A stretch of 64,000 nucleotides of DNA, taken from positions 496,001 to 560,000 of the forward strand of contig NW_026515637.1 in NCBI RefSeq assembly GCF_000738915.1, given 5' to 3'. Shown in pieces: positions 51,474 through 63,173 of the stretch (position 1 is its first letter; each line of letters opens with the position of its first letter). The stretch comes from Nematocida ausubeli (taxonomy: Eukaryota). A program made the position numbers and the translations under genes. The notes under the pieces are model-generated. The model saw nothing but the letters and a program-made list of their open reading frames with translations, did no database searches and had not been told where the DNA came from.

Positions 51474-52211
51474 AGATGTAACTAAACTATCACTTTTCAT
51501 TGAAATTCATATATTTGCAGTGCATGGAAACAAGATAATATTCACTGGTTTTTATTGAACACAAAGACAGCCAACATTTAATATGATGTTTTTGCTTTGT
51601 TATACTAGAAAGATAAAAGAAGCCAGACAAAATGACTTGAGATCCTATGAATCATTACAAATGGCAATCTACCAATAGCTCTCTATTTTCTTCTAATGAA
51701 CTGCTATATTTGGCATTATTTTTATGAAACTAGCAAGGATTCTTCTGCTATTAGCATGCATTGATAAGTATCTGCACCACAGTGTGTGTTTATCTCTTAA
51801 GCTGGCCTACATACACACTTTGTCTGTACTTGGCATAAGCATGCTTTTTCTGTACTTTTATTTCTGCTGTATTAAGAACTTCTGGTAAAATTGTAATAGC
51901 ATGTATATATTGGCATTTAAATGCACCTCTATAATTTTAAGGAGCCTTTATGCATTATTATTCATTCTATTATACAGAAATATTGGAGGGTAGTATTAAT
52001 TTCAGCTCGAATTGCCATACATTGCACACTATATATACATCCATCTTTCATTTTATAGGCTCTATCTATATACTTTTGCACTTTTTTCCACTTATATTTT
52101 GTAGCCTCATTGCAAAGTCTATAGAATCTGGGTATGAAGTATCTATAGTACAGAAGCACACATTAATTGCCCTATGTTTTCTCTTCATACACACCTCTGC
52201 CCCATACAGCT

Positions 52212-53159
52212 TTAAAATAGCGGTATGTCTTTTCTTGTTACTCCATGCAGCCCTCGCAGACGAGCACCTATTCCTGTGACGAGTTTTACCACCATTACAA
52301 GAAACACCCCAAATATAGGCAGCATCTTAAAAATGCTATTCACCTGGTGCTCGCAAAGAACTTCTATGTACTTGTAGTAATGCAGCGTGGTGTAGTTGTA
52401 CTTCTCTACTATTTTGACTTTCACCTGGTGCTTGCTGCATGGAACAATTTTTATTCTACACAGGGTGCCTCGTGAGTGGTATTCTATGTTCAAAGTGTTT
52501 CCATCAACAGAATACACCTCGTCAATGTATTCATTGTAAAATTGGATGGTTCTCCGGTTCATGTATGTGTTTATGTATATTTTGTCATTTGTTAACGTTT
52601 TGTAAAATGTCTTAGTTAAGTCCGTGTCCACTATTCTTTTCAGCAGGGTTCTCATGTCAATATTGAATACTCTTTCTTCTTCAGAGATCGCTCTTTCTTC
52701 TACTATTTTGCTTGGCCGGGGTATGTCTATTTTGAATATGCTATTCAGATTATAATTCATGCTGCTGTGATGGCTGGAAATACCCATCACCTTCTGCCAG
52801 TTGTAAAGGATTATTGGATATAACTCTTCTTTATAGAAAAGGGATTTGAAGCTGTATGTTTTGTCATATGTGATTATATCCAGCGATCCTGTAAGAAAAA
52901 TTGACTTCTTCAGCTCAATTCCTAAAATTGTTTTTAGCTTTAGGATTATTGTTGTGTTTGCAAAGATATTTTTGGAATAGAAGGAAAGATGCTCTGTGCT
53001 TATATACAGCCGGCCCTGGAAGTACTTTGAGTTGTCTCTCAGAAGGGATGGGCAGGAGTACTGCAGCTCTTCATTTTTTGAAATGGACTTAAAAAGATTA
53101 TGGAACTTCTTCTTTCTTTTCTCAGATGGAAAATTCTTTCTCTCACTGCTTTCATTCAT
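52212..53159 (-). CDS. GRAM-domain membrane-anchored protein (Lam/Ysp2/GRAMD-like, start MNESS)
   Basis: 'FHNLFKSISKNEEL...QGRLYISTEHLSFYSKNIF' GRAM motif; C-terminal TM helix. Confidence 0.85.
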   Translation of the reverse strand: MNESSERKNFPSEKRKKKFHNLFKSISKNEELQYSCPSLLRDNSKYFQGRLYISTEHLSFYSKNIFANTTIILKLKTILGIELKKSIFLTGSLDIITYDKTYSFKSLFYKEELYPIILYNWQKVMGISSHHSSMNYNLNSIFKIDIPRPSKIVEERAISEEERVFNIDMRTLLKRIVDTDLTKTFYKTLTNDKIYINTYMNRRTIQFYNEYIDEVYSVDGNTLNIEYHSRGTLCRIKIVPCSKHQVKVKIVEKYNYTTLHYYKYIEVLCEHQVNSIFKMLPIFGVFLVMVVKLVTGIGARLRGLHGVTRKDIPLF

Positions 53160-53895
53160 TTCTGTGTAAATAAAATAAAATATATTCTTCTGTAATATGC
53201 GAAAGCCACTTGAGCAGGCTTCTTTATCTCTGCAAAAAGCAACAATAGTGGCATGTCCTAGTAGAAGCACTGCTCTAAGTCACAAATAATATTTTAGTAG
53301 AAAGAGCAGTTGGTGTGTAATTACATTATTACTGATCAATATATATTCTCTACTGTCTGAATTTGCAACTTATTCATGCTCCTTGAGATAATCACCTGCT
53401 TTAAATTTGTTTGTTGGAAAGTGCATCCATAGATTAAACCCCTCAAATTCTTCTTTTCCCTTTGAATTAAAGTGACTGTTTTTACATAGATTTGATAGTA
53501 GCTTTGCTAAAAACAGCATGGTTTTTCTGCAAGCGATAACATAAACTATCAGATCTAACTATAGCTTATGTTCTTCTATACAATACATGCCAAAAAACTC
53601 TTTTTAAATAGATTTCAGAATATTCTTAACACTATACAAATAAGAATATTTTCAGATAGGTAGCGCAAGAACATACAGAGTATAAATAACAGCTATGCAT
53701 AGAATTGCTTCTATTTCTTTTACTATAACACCCACCAGCAATCCTCTAGCATGGAGTTTTAATGGGTTTATAATGGTTGTGTATGGAGGCTGTTTTTATA
53801 AACTCATACTATTGTGCTTTAATTCTGATTAATTTCTCTAAAGTGCAATATTATGTGCACAGTATAATAATTTAGAGATCTCTTCTATCTATTTA

Positions 53896-56800
53896 ATGCG
53901 CTTTGGTTTTCTCTGCATGGCAATGGAGGTGGAAGATAAGCTATTCGCTATACTTAACACCGCTACCAAGGAAAATGCGCTGTTTCTTGCACTAAATACT
54001 CTTATGGAAATATTCTGCAGAGTGCGCCAGCTTCCAAATAAAGTGGATGATGAAGCGTACAGAAAATATCGGGAGATGATTAGTGGGCACTTCTGTGCAA
54101 ATGAGCAAGAAAAAGATAAAAAAGAGAGAAGAGCTAGCAAAAGCGCCCCTAAACGAAAAGGAATACTATATCGAAGCAACAACATGCATGAGTGCAAGAG
54201 AGCTCTTGCTGGGTTTAGCCTACACCGACTAGGAGTATGCCTGGGTAGAATAATTCAAATATATGCAAGAAAATACCAAAGAATAGACAATGAAGCAATT
54301 TTAAATATAGCAAGCAGAATATGCACAGAGGCAAAAGAACTTATGAATAATCAAAGCCAGATCAAGGTATTGCAGGAGTTTAAGGCACACATTGTGGATC
54401 CTCTACTTCTGTGCATTCGGTGCTTAAAGAACTCTAATCCAGATATCATTCTAACTGCACTTATGGATTTGCACAGAATAGAGTGCAGCTCCTCAGACAA
54501 AAAAGCATGGGTTGAGATTATATCCGAACACGCTGAGCACTTTCCTGCGAAAACCCGTGTGTTTCTATTGAAATATGCAAGATGTAATGGCCATGCATGG
54601 GGCCCAAGCCTGTTCTTATACTGCTTATATGCGGAAAGACTCACTGTTTCGCAGTTCATAAAGCTATTTAAAGAGATTGAAGTAGCAGATATTATGTGGG
54701 CTGAAAATGCAGAGCATCTGGTATATTTTATGCAGCTTCTATTTATAGGCAAATATATTAGCGCCTGCTGTAAAAAAACCGTGCTAGAGCAATTTATACA
54801 AAAACTAATTGATCAGAGCATCACTTCCGCATATACTCTATCGCTTGCAACAGCCAGAAGCGTCTTTGGACAGACAAAGTGCCTGTGCATGCTAGGAACG
54901 CTTTTATATATTGCAAGAGATATGCAGCTAGAAATAAAAGTCCCTTCTAGTCTCCAGACCAGCATGGGCTCAGTGATGGCACTCTTCTACAGGAAGATAG
55001 ACTATTCTCTCCTACATGGAGCCATTAAAACCCAGGAGCCGAGCAGCCTATTCTATGTATACTGTGTACTTGTAGAGTATCCAAACGCAATACATAATAT
55101 TAATGCAGACAGGATATTAAAGTCATTTAAATATGGTTCTTCCAGTGGCAGCCCGATATTGGAGTATTTTTACATTCTAACTCGATATGGCGTGGAATGG
55201 AATAGAGTAAGAAATAGACCTATGCAGTGTGGGATGTGCAGAAAAAAATACACGCAAAATACAAATGAAAGTGGAGGATATTTCTCTTTAGAAAAAGGCT
55301 ATGAAGAGTCTATCACTAATAACCAGAAATTTAAAAGAAGTAAAAGAGAGCGCAGCTCATGCCTTCAAGGAACACAGGAAGCAATAGAAGATCAAGGACA
55401 AGCAGCCTGCAAAGGAAGACATAAAAGGCCATACCAACACCAGATATGTAGTATGTGTGCACTTGAAAGAGCGCTTTGCACCCCGCCTGCTAGCAAAAGA
55501 AGTATTCTGCTTTTAATCATAGAAGGAAGTGCAGCTGAAATTAGAACGTATTTACGCAAAAACTCTAAAACAGTTAATGGTCTGGCTGTCTTGCTAGAGA
55601 AGATATATCCGTTGGTTTCTGTGCCAGTTAAGAGCAATCAGACACTGAAGCACCTAGACGTATGCGAGTATTTCGTATATCCAGAACGTGTTCGGCTGCT
55701 TCCGTCCATAGAGCTTGCTCCACAGAGAATAGAGGAGTTGAAGCACGTGTTCAGTAAGGACGATGCTGAAAGAAGAACTATTTGGCTACTTTTTCTTGAG
55801 GCTGTGCTATGGGATATATACTATGTGCCAATTGTTTTAGTTGAGGAATTTCATTTGCAGGTTCTAATCCGATCTCCTGGTATATCGCAGAAAATATGCA
55901 AGAAGCACTGCAGAAAAAGAGAAGAGCATATTATTGAACTAGGAGTTCGAGTTCTTGAAGAGCAAGTTAGCGTCACAGAAGAGGAGAAATCTAATGTGAT
56001 TGCCACCCTGTGGGCTCTTAGCAGATCCACCCCCTTGAAGAGCATCTCTGCTGATATTGCAAATTACCTTTTGAAAAAAAAGAAAAGATGTAACTCGCAG
56101 TCTTTTTCTGACTTTGTGAAGACTTTTACTTCCTCCATAAATGAACAAAAACCAAAAAAATATGCAAGAAAAATAGGCGATGTAGAGGACTGCCTAGAGA
56201 GTGCAAAGAAGATCGTTCAAGAAATAGCCCAGACAAACATATACAGTGATGGCAGCGAGATACCTGCAATAAGTCCGGCTGAGCTGATGAAGATGAAAAG
56301 CCTGGTGTTTCAACAGACAAGCTGTCTGCTATTAGAAGAGCAAGCCTGTATACAGGAGTATTTTATACACAAAAGCATCCCCTATTCTGTGTACGAGCAG
56401 AGCTATAGACTTGTGTGCGATGCAAATACAAAAATACGAGAGATAGTAGATGTGTATTACACGGAGGAGTTTAAAGAAAGAACTCGCCCAGAAGAAAGCA
56501 CAAAGATCTTAAAAGATTCATGTGTCTTCTTAGTTGATGGAATGCTGCGCACAGTATACCCAGAAAAATACTTTCTGTTCTTTATACTCACAAAGGCAAT
56601 AAATAACGCAAAAGAGCTTTCCTATCTAGAAAAACATGCGATAGTGCACGGCCTAGAGTACCTATATGCATACGACAAAGAGCTATTTAGAGAGCTAAGC
56701 AGGCTGTACAAAGAAAAATATACGGCCTTGGAGCCTGGCTCAGAAAAGACAGTCTGGCCTGAGTCTGGAATAGAGACCTCGCTCTTGGAAACACAAGAAC

Positions 56801-59799
56801 AGATCCTTATGCAGCACCAGGTGGCTATGTATACAAGCCTTCTATATGGGGAAGAAGAAAAAAGTGCAAATTCTTCTGGCAAGCTTCCTTTAGTACTGCG
56901 GAGACACGGGGCGCTTTCTGTAGAAAAAGAGAAAATTATTCTTTCTCAGTACCAAAACAGGTTTTTTACAGTGCAATACAATTACTCAGATGTCGAAGCT
57001 GTTGTAGAAGATTACTTTAAAGAAATAGTTCCTATTGCAAGTATGCGCATGCTTGTGTTCATATGCACAGTGCCACCTTCAGAAAAAATGAAAATGGTAT
57101 CGTGCTGCGCATCAAGAGACTTTCTAAGGATATTTTACTATGCATCAACGTCTCTGCCTATTCCTGCCAATTACCCGTATTTAGAAGTATCTGAAATTCT
57201 TAGGCAAGACAAACAGGGGAATTTATCAGGTAGAAACATCGCAAGCCAGCATGTAAACCAAGAAATACAAATGTATATGAATAGAGAAACAGATGATGGC
57301 TTCATATCCCATCCAAGTACGGTCCGCAGAACATTTGATCTTCTGGCAGCAGAGAAAATACTGGAGGCTGCTGAAAAGTTATCCAAGTGGTCGAAGGCTG
57401 TAGACAAAACCTGCCAAATAGACTATCTCCTCTTGAACACTACCATCCGCACGGAGCATTCTGAGTATATTGACTTTCTTCAGTCAAAAAAAGTCCTGCA
57501 CCGATTCCAGTTTATCACCTCAATACATACAGGCCATCCACTTGTAGAGGCAAATGATGAAATAGAAGAGATTCTCTATGTATGCACGCGAAGTCCTAAA
57601 GACATATCTGAGGCGCTGAATAGAAAAAGAACTCTTTCAAAAAGCGCCTTGCATGCAATGGTGCGGGCGCTTGAGAGCAAGTGGTTTAAGATGCCTGCTG
57701 AATCATACTATGTGCGGACAGGGAAGAAAATAGACGCTCTACAGAACACAATTCTATCAGAGTTGCCACATCCATTAAAAAAGAGAAGAAGAAGAAAATT
57801 ATCTGCGGCAATTTCTTTGTTTAAAATAAGTAGGGGAATCCACACCTTCAAAGACCCTTTTCTGCTACTGACAGAGCTTGAAGAGGACCTAAAGAAGGAA
57901 ATGAAAAAGTTTGAAATCACAGAAGGGTCGCTTGAAGCAAGAACAAATAGAAAAATGCCCCGACACATAGATGTATGCACAAATCTTCTTTCAAAAGCAG
58001 TAGCAGCAAAGATAGAGCATGTTTTAAATGAGTTTGAAAGCATGCCCATTGATATCCTCAATAACTATGTAAGGCCGGCAGAAAGATTGTATTTTGGCAA
58101 GCACGAGTTATACGTGTTGGAGACGCTTGCAAAAACATGCTTGACTATTTTCAATAGAAATACAAGTGCGCCCCGAAGCACTGCAAAGGTAGCCACGGCT
58201 TCTGCTGGTAACAAGCTGCAGAGCGCGCTTCTCCAGAAAGAGCATGCAGTTATACAGGAAATAGAGGAATACAAGGCCAAGAAGCGCACTGAGGTGGAGG
58301 AGGCCTCGTATTCCATGGGAATCAATCTGTATATTACACTAGCGCAGAGGAGTAGAAAGCTGCAGCATATAATATCCTTGATCCACTTGCTTTTCTCAGA
58401 AAACGCGCCAGAGGACATAATAGAGCAGATATCCTTGGTAGGTATTCCAGTGGAGTCTTTTTTCCCGCTAAAGCAGCAGATCATCTCAAAGTACTTCCAC
58501 ATGCTTTCCTGTCAGAAAAAAGACCGTCTTTGCACCCACCTATCCAGCATTATCAGCCAGATGATACTAACAGAGCCATTTTCTGTTGTGTATGATATTC
58601 TTTTAAGAGAAAGAAGCACGAACAAAAAAATCGCTATACCAGACAGTGTTCGTGCACAAGCAGAGGCGGCTATATCCACGTACAAAACAATTTACAAGCA
58701 AGGGCAGTCTCTGCTGCCAATAAATGCCTCATTTCCCAGTAACACTCCAATTCTTTCGCAGGAAACCAGAGGCAGTGTAGTATGTATCCAATCTGTCCAG
58801 AGAAATGCCAAAGTTCTTAGTGGAATCAATAAGCCCATACTTATATCTATTCTGGGGACAGATGGCGTTGTATATAAGGAAATAATTAAAAGAAATGACG
58901 ATTTGAAGCAGGACATTCTTAGCACGCAGGTATTCTCATATATGAACACAGTGCTTTCGGAGTCTGTGCACACACAAAATATTAAAGAAAGAGTACGCAC
59001 CTATAAAATTCTAGGGCTTGACAAGCTATTCGGCATAATTGAATTCATAGACCAGGCTGAGCCAGTAGGAAGCGTAATTGAGAGTCTGCACAAAAAGCAC
59101 TTCCCCAAGGAAATCAGCAGTGCGAAGTGCAGAGAAATAATGCAGAGATACATTAATGCACCAATCGACGTAAAGACTAAAACACTTGCCTATCTGCAAA
59201 GCAAGTACTCTCCTGCATTGAAAAGAGTGTTTGAAGGGAAAGGGCCCTTTGAGTATTACAAGGAGCGGAGGTCCTTTACAAACTCCTTTTCAATTCTCTC
59301 AATTGCAACATATGTTCTTGGGCTTGGAGACCGACACCCACAGAACATTCTGCTAGATAGAAAGTCAAAAGAGCTGATAAATATTGATCTAAATCTAATC
59401 TTTGACCAGGGAAAGGCACTTTCTATTTCTGAAAAGGTGCCGTTCCGGATGACAAGAAACTTTCAGCAGGCAATTCTCACAAATAGCGCGCAGTCATACG
59501 AAAAAACAATGAACTCCTTTCTGGCTGCGCTAAAGGACTCAAAGGAAAACCTGCTTGTTTTTGTTTCCATTCTAAGAAGTGAGCCTTTGCAAAGATGGCG
59601 TGCAATCCAGAGGGTATCCCAGGAAAACACTCTTTTTTCGGACTATAAAAGTATACAAGAAAGAATGAAGGATAAGCTAAACGGGATAGAAGATGGGTTT
59701 ATACTGAGCAATCCTGCACATGTGCAGTGTCTTGTTCAAAGAGCCATAGACCTTTCAAACCAAGCATCAATATATCCTGGATGGTCTCCGTGGATGTAG
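53896..59799 (+). CDS. TEL1: ATM/Tel1 phosphatidylinositol 3-kinase-related kinase (1967 aa)
   Basis: GINKP...GTDG...DDLKQD...QVF; LGLGDRHPQNILLD; IDLN...FDQGK...EKVPFRMTR; FATC tail 'IYPGWSPWM'. Confidence 0.85.
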   Translation: MRFGFLCMAMEVEDKLFAILNTATKENALFLALNTLMEIFCRVRQLPNKVDDEAYRKYREMISGHFCANEQEKDKKERRASKSAPKRKGILYRSNNMHECKRALAGFSLHRLGVCLGRIIQIYARKYQRIDNEAILNIASRICTEAKELMNNQSQIKVLQEFKAHIVDPLLLCIRCLKNSNPDIILTALMDLHRIECSSSDKKAWVEIISEHAEHFPAKTRVFLLKYARCNGHAWGPSLFLYCLYAERLTVSQFIKLFKEIEVADIMWAENAEHLVYFMQLLFIGKYISACCKKTVLEQFIQKLIDQSITSAYTLSLATARSVFGQTKCLCMLGTLLYIARDMQLEIKVPSSLQTSMGSVMALFYRKIDYSLLHGAIKTQEPSSLFYVYCVLVEYPNAIHNINADRILKSFKYGSSSGSPILEYFYILTRYGVEWNRVRNRPMQCGMCRKKYTQNTNESGGYFSLEKGYEESITNNQKFKRSKRERSSCLQGTQEAIEDQGQAACKGRHKRPYQHQICSMCALERALCTPPASKRSILLLIIEGSAAEIRTYLRKNSKTVNGLAVLLEKIYPLVSVPVKSNQTLKHLDVCEYFVYPERVRLLPSIELAPQRIEELKHVFSKDDAERRTIWLLFLEAVLWDIYYVPIVLVEEFHLQVLIRSPGISQKICKKHCRKREEHIIELGVRVLEEQVSVTEEEKSNVIATLWALSRSTPLKSISADIANYLLKKKKRCNSQSFSDFVKTFTSSINEQKPKKYARKIGDVEDCLESAKKIVQEIAQTNIYSDGSEIPAISPAELMKMKSLVFQQTSCLLLEEQACIQEYFIHKSIPYSVYEQSYRLVCDANTKIREIVDVYYTEEFKERTRPEESTKILKDSCVFLVDGMLRTVYPEKYFLFFILTKAINNAKELSYLEKHAIVHGLEYLYAYDKELFRELSRLYKEKYTALEPGSEKTVWPESGIETSLLETQEQILMQHQVAMYTSLLYGEEEKSANSSGKLPLVLRRHGALSVEKEKIILSQYQNRFFTVQYNYSDVEAVVEDYFKEIVPIASMRMLVFICTVPPSEKMKMVSCCASRDFLRIFYYASTSLPIPANYPYLEVSEILRQDKQGNLSGRNIASQHVNQEIQMYMNRETDDGFISHPSTVRRTFDLLAAEKILEAAEKLSKWSKAVDKTCQIDYLLLNTTIRTEHSEYIDFLQSKKVLHRFQFITSIHTGHPLVEANDEIEEILYVCTRSPKDISEALNRKRTLSKSALHAMVRALESKWFKMPAESYYVRTGKKIDALQNTILSELPHPLKKRRRRKLSAAISLFKISRGIHTFKDPFLLLTELEEDLKKEMKKFEITEGSLEARTNRKMPRHIDVCTNLLSKAVAAKIEHVLNEFESMPIDILNNYVRPAERLYFGKHELYVLETLAKTCLTIFNRNTSAPRSTAKVATASAGNKLQSALLQKEHAVIQEIEEYKAKKRTEVEEASYSMGINLYITLAQRSRKLQHIISLIHLLFSENAPEDIIEQISLVGIPVESFFPLKQQIISKYFHMLSCQKKDRLCTHLSSIISQMILTEPFSVVYDILLRERSTNKKIAIPDSVRAQAEAAISTYKTIYKQGQSLLPINASFPSNTPILSQETRGSVVCIQSVQRNAKVLSGINKPILISILGTDGVVYKEIIKRNDDLKQDILSTQVFSYMNTVLSESVHTQNIKERVRTYKILGLDKLFGIIEFIDQAEPVGSVIESLHKKHFPKEISSAKCREIMQRYINAPIDVKTKTLAYLQSKYSPALKRVFEGKGPFEYYKERRSFTNSFSILSIATYVLGLGDRHPQNILLDRKSKELINIDLNLIFDQGKALSISEKVPFRMTRNFQQAILTNSAQSYEKTMNSFLAALKDSKENLLVFVSILRSEPLQRWRAIQRVSQENTLFSDYKSIQERMKDKLNGIEDGFILSNPAHVQCLVQRAIDLSNQASIYPGWSPWM

Positions 59800-60135
59800 C
59801 TACGTACGCTATGGCAAGCCTACCAACAAACTCATTCTGCATAAAGTATTCGGTGTGTGCACACATAGCAAAGTATCACGGAATGCCTCTACTTTGAAGA
59901 GAATAAGAAGACGAGCTGCAATAATAGACTATGCAAAGCATAATCAATCCATGCAGTGAAAGAGTGACTGGTCAGTTACTTCAAAGAATATAGCTAGCCA
60001 TCCTGCGTGTATTCTGCAAAGGAGTAGTAAGCACCTGCTTCTAGACAACTAGTGCATAGAGATATATAGAAAGAAAGAATATGTGCGCAAAGTCTTTTTA
60101 ATACACCCCAATTCAATATAATCCTTTTATTTATT

Positions 60136-61542
60136 CTATTGCATTCCTTTATATTTCATCTGCTCCTTTACGAATAACTCAAAGTACTGCCCAATTATTG
60201 AAACAGCCAGAATTATATTCTGCCCTGATCCAATTGTATCAAGCAAGTCACTCAGGATGCTAATCCCTCCTACAATAAGCCCAGATAGAACTGCTGCAAT
60301 TGGGATGTACCTATCTAACATGTCCTGGGTTCCCTGCACAGAATACCCCTTTATCACAAGCTTCTGCTTCTGCAGCTGTTTTCCAACCTCAGTAGAAGAG
60401 CTTTCGTTCATATCTGTCCAGTAGTATGCTAGCAGCCCAGATGTGGTCAGCATAAATGACACGTAAATAAGGAAGTGGATGGGGTTCTTCATGGCCGCCA
60501 GAATATTAGCAGGGGGCGAAATGAAATAGGCTATTCCCTTGATTGGCACATAGACCATACTCTCGTTTATATCCCAGATTCCAAGTATTCTAGTGTACCA
60601 TCTATCTGGCAGTTTGTCAAAGATGAACTTTGATATTCTGTAGTAGTTGGTGAGTATCTGGTTCTGTATAATGATTGGTGTGCTGGACACATAGAACAGC
60701 TTGATTCCCCAGTTTATGTATCTGGTCTTCATCTGAGTTGACTCCAGCTGCAAGTCCAGGCGTATGTTGTACAGGTAGATCACCAGAGAGAACATGGCAA
60801 TTGTTGTAAGAAGGCATGAAATGTTTGGAAGATTCTTTCTGAAAAATGCTTCATATAAAGCCTCAAACTTGTTCTTTCGGATCTTCAGCAGCTGCAAGAG
60901 ACTGAGGAATGATCCTTCAAACTCTGGGCCCTTTCCAGTATTGTACACAGAGGGACTGAATGCCTTCCACACAATTGACTCGCATATGTTGGCTACAATA
61001 AACAGATTCACTCCAGACCCAAGCCCGTATCCTTTCTGCAGTAGTTCATCCAGAAGGATAATAATTACTCCAGAGAAAAGCAGCTGCACCAGAATAAGCG
61101 CAGAGACAGAAAGACCTAAGCTGGAAGGGGATCCGAAGAATCCTGTGGATATCTGGACCAGCGCCTGACTGAACGTGATTATGAGCGCAAGCAGCTTCTG
61201 CAGGGAGGAAAAAAGAAGAGAGTCCTCTTTTATGTTCTCGTCTATTTTTAAAAGGTCAACAAACGAGAGGAACTGCACTATTGAGCTGGTCATGAGAATA
61301 GGGCCTAGACCCAGATCCATTAGTGTTCCTCGGTTACCGGCCATCATAGCTCTGAGCCAGTAGACTGGATCTGCTTTATCATTTATCATGATACCAAATA
61401 GAGGTATTTGCGAAGCGACGAAGTAAATAAGTATCGCGATAAGTGTCCAAAGAAGCTTTTCTTGGAATAGCACTTTTCTGTCGCTTGATTGCACCTCCGG
61501 TAGAAATGGAACAAATGGTTTTACAAAGTCAAGGATGCGCAT
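60136..61542 (-). CDS. SEC61: Protein translocon subunit Sec61 alpha (468 aa)
   Basis: KPFVPFLPEV, RGTLMDLGLGPI, LLDELLQKGYGLGSGVNLFI, IKLFYVSSTPII, RYIPIAA. Confidence 0.97.
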   Translation of the reverse strand: MRILDFVKPFVPFLPEVQSSDRKVLFQEKLLWTLIAILIYFVASQIPLFGIMINDKADPVYWLRAMMAGNRGTLMDLGLGPILMTSSIVQFLSFVDLLKIDENIKEDSLLFSSLQKLLALIITFSQALVQISTGFFGSPSSLGLSVSALILVQLLFSGVIIILLDELLQKGYGLGSGVNLFIVANICESIVWKAFSPSVYNTGKGPEFEGSFLSLLQLLKIRKNKFEALYEAFFRKNLPNISCLLTTIAMFSLVIYLYNIRLDLQLESTQMKTRYINWGIKLFYVSSTPIIIQNQILTNYYRISKFIFDKLPDRWYTRILGIWDINESMVYVPIKGIAYFISPPANILAAMKNPIHFLIYVSFMLTTSGLLAYYWTDMNESSSTEVGKQLQKQKLVIKGYSVQGTQDMLDRYIPIAAVLSGLIVGGISILSDLLDTIGSGQNIILAVSIIGQYFELFVKEQMKYKGMQ

Positions 61543-62039
61543 TGTAATTATTAAAATAAAAAATATTTTTGGTTTTATACTTTAAATTAATTAAATGCCG
61601 ATTTATGCAGTTGAGTTGCTGCACATTTGCATCTATGCGCAGTAAATTCTCTTTGAAATAAATATTACGCTGTCTATGCATACTTACTCAAAGTTTTGTT
61701 TCTTTTTGAACTATTTTTATATATATCAGGAATAGACTATATTTTAAGAGCTTTAATTATCCAGCAGGTGCTTTGACAGGACAAAGTAGCCTGTATTATG
61801 CACTTTTAGTCTTTTTATTTCATTTGAGAGAATAGCATTTAAATAGAATGTATAGATATAAAAACTTCTGAGTGATATAGCATGCCACCGCCTTTGATGC
61901 ATATGCACTCTTTATACTTGCATATACAGAGACATATCTGTTGACCCTTCTCTACTTTTCCATAATTGATTTTTGCTGAGCCACACACATATATCTAGAG
62001 CATACTAAACCAAAGCATTGAATTAAGAGAACATAGTCT

Positions 62040-62732
62040 TTATTTAACATACTTAGATATCTCCCTGTCTATCAGGTCTGGGTCTTTAAAGCTTTTGTGG
62101 ATGTTCTGCACTAGCTGTTCCATGAAGTCTGTTTTTGTGTACCTTTTAAAGTACTTCTCTATATAGAGAATGTTTAAAACCAGCAGATTTCCTTTCTTTC
62201 CAAATAGCTTGGACTTGCTTACAAAAGCCTCCTTTATCTCCTGCGCAAGTAGCTCTTCTACTTTCTCTAGTATTACTCTCCGTGGCCCTGCAAAAAGGCT
62301 GTCTTTTGTTTTCTGCCTGTTCTCTCCTATAAAGCTGCTCAGCTCCTTAATAATTTTCACAGCCCACTCTTCAGGCTTCACAGAATAGTTCTTGTCCTCG
62401 GTATATGTTCCCTTGAATGTATCTAATATTATTGCACGTATTTTTAGCACCTCTCTTTTACATATGTACTCTACAACTTCTTCTTGTATTTTGGCCTTTG
62501 CCTCGCTCTTTATGATTTTTTCGTTTTCTTCCATTTGCTGCAGAAAGGAATAGATGCAAATGCCAATAGAGTAGAGCGACGCCAGAGACATGTCCTTTCT
62601 ATATATTTTTTCAACACTCAACTTTATGTACAAATTGATCATTTTTCGCTTATACTTTACTATATCTGGATCCTCCAGGTCTTCAACAAGTGACAAAACC
62701 AGCTGGTATAGTTCTTCCTCGGTGCACTCCAT
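62040..62732 (-). CDS. Helical tethering-complex-like protein, possibly a reduced Sec5/EXOC2 C-terminal homolog (start MECTEE)
   Basis: All-helical; 'VKPEEWAVKII...VILEKVEELL...LFGKKGNLLVLNILYIEKYFKRY' resembles a CATCHR/Sec5 C-terminus. Confidence 0.4.
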   Translation of the reverse strand: MECTEEELYQLVLSLVEDLEDPDIVKYKRKMINLYIKLSVEKIYRKDMSLASLYSIGICIYSFLQQMEENEKIIKSEAKAKIQEEVVEYICKREVLKIRAIILDTFKGTYTEDKNYSVKPEEWAVKIIKELSSFIGENRQKTKDSLFAGPRRVILEKVEELLAQEIKEAFVSKSKLFGKKGNLLVLNILYIEKYFKRYTKTDFMEQLVQNIHKSFKDPDLIDREISKYVK

Positions 62733-62783
62733 AACAAATGGGATTTGAAACAATTCTGCTTTAAAAGAAATTCAAAACATGCT

Positions 62784-63173
62784 CTACTTGTTTTCCTCGA
62801 TTTCCTCCACAACACACCCCTTCACAATGTAGGTGTTATGCTCATTCGATACGACTACATTTAAATATGTGTCAATCATCTCGCACACACCTTTTATTTC
62901 TCTTCCTAGGTACTTGACTGTAACACTCTTGCCAATAAACGCTGATCTCACAGATGGATCTTCTTTTTTATTAGCGTTCTTTAGTTTGGAGCCTCCTGCA
63001 GCATTTCTTTCGCTTTTTGTTCTTTTTGCTGGCCTTTGCATCTTCTGCGCTATTTCGGCGCTCTGCGCTGGGTGTCTCTCTTTGTTTCTCTTTGTGCTTG
63101 AATCTGGCCCAGACTGCCCTTTTCTCTTTAGGTGATCCTTTCTGTCCCCAAAAACACTTCTCTCCCCAGCCAT
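62784..63173 (-). CDS. Sm/LSm-fold protein with a basic N-terminal extension (129 aa)
   Basis: Sm1 'FIGKSVTVKYLGREIKGVCEMIDTYLNVVV' and Sm2 'YIVKGCVVEEI'. Confidence 0.8.
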   Translation of the reverse strand: MAGERSVFGDRKDHLKRKGQSGPDSSTKRNKERHPAQSAEIAQKMQRPAKRTKSERNAAGGSKLKNANKKEDPSVRSAFIGKSVTVKYLGREIKGVCEMIDTYLNVVVSNEHNTYIVKGCVVEEIEENK

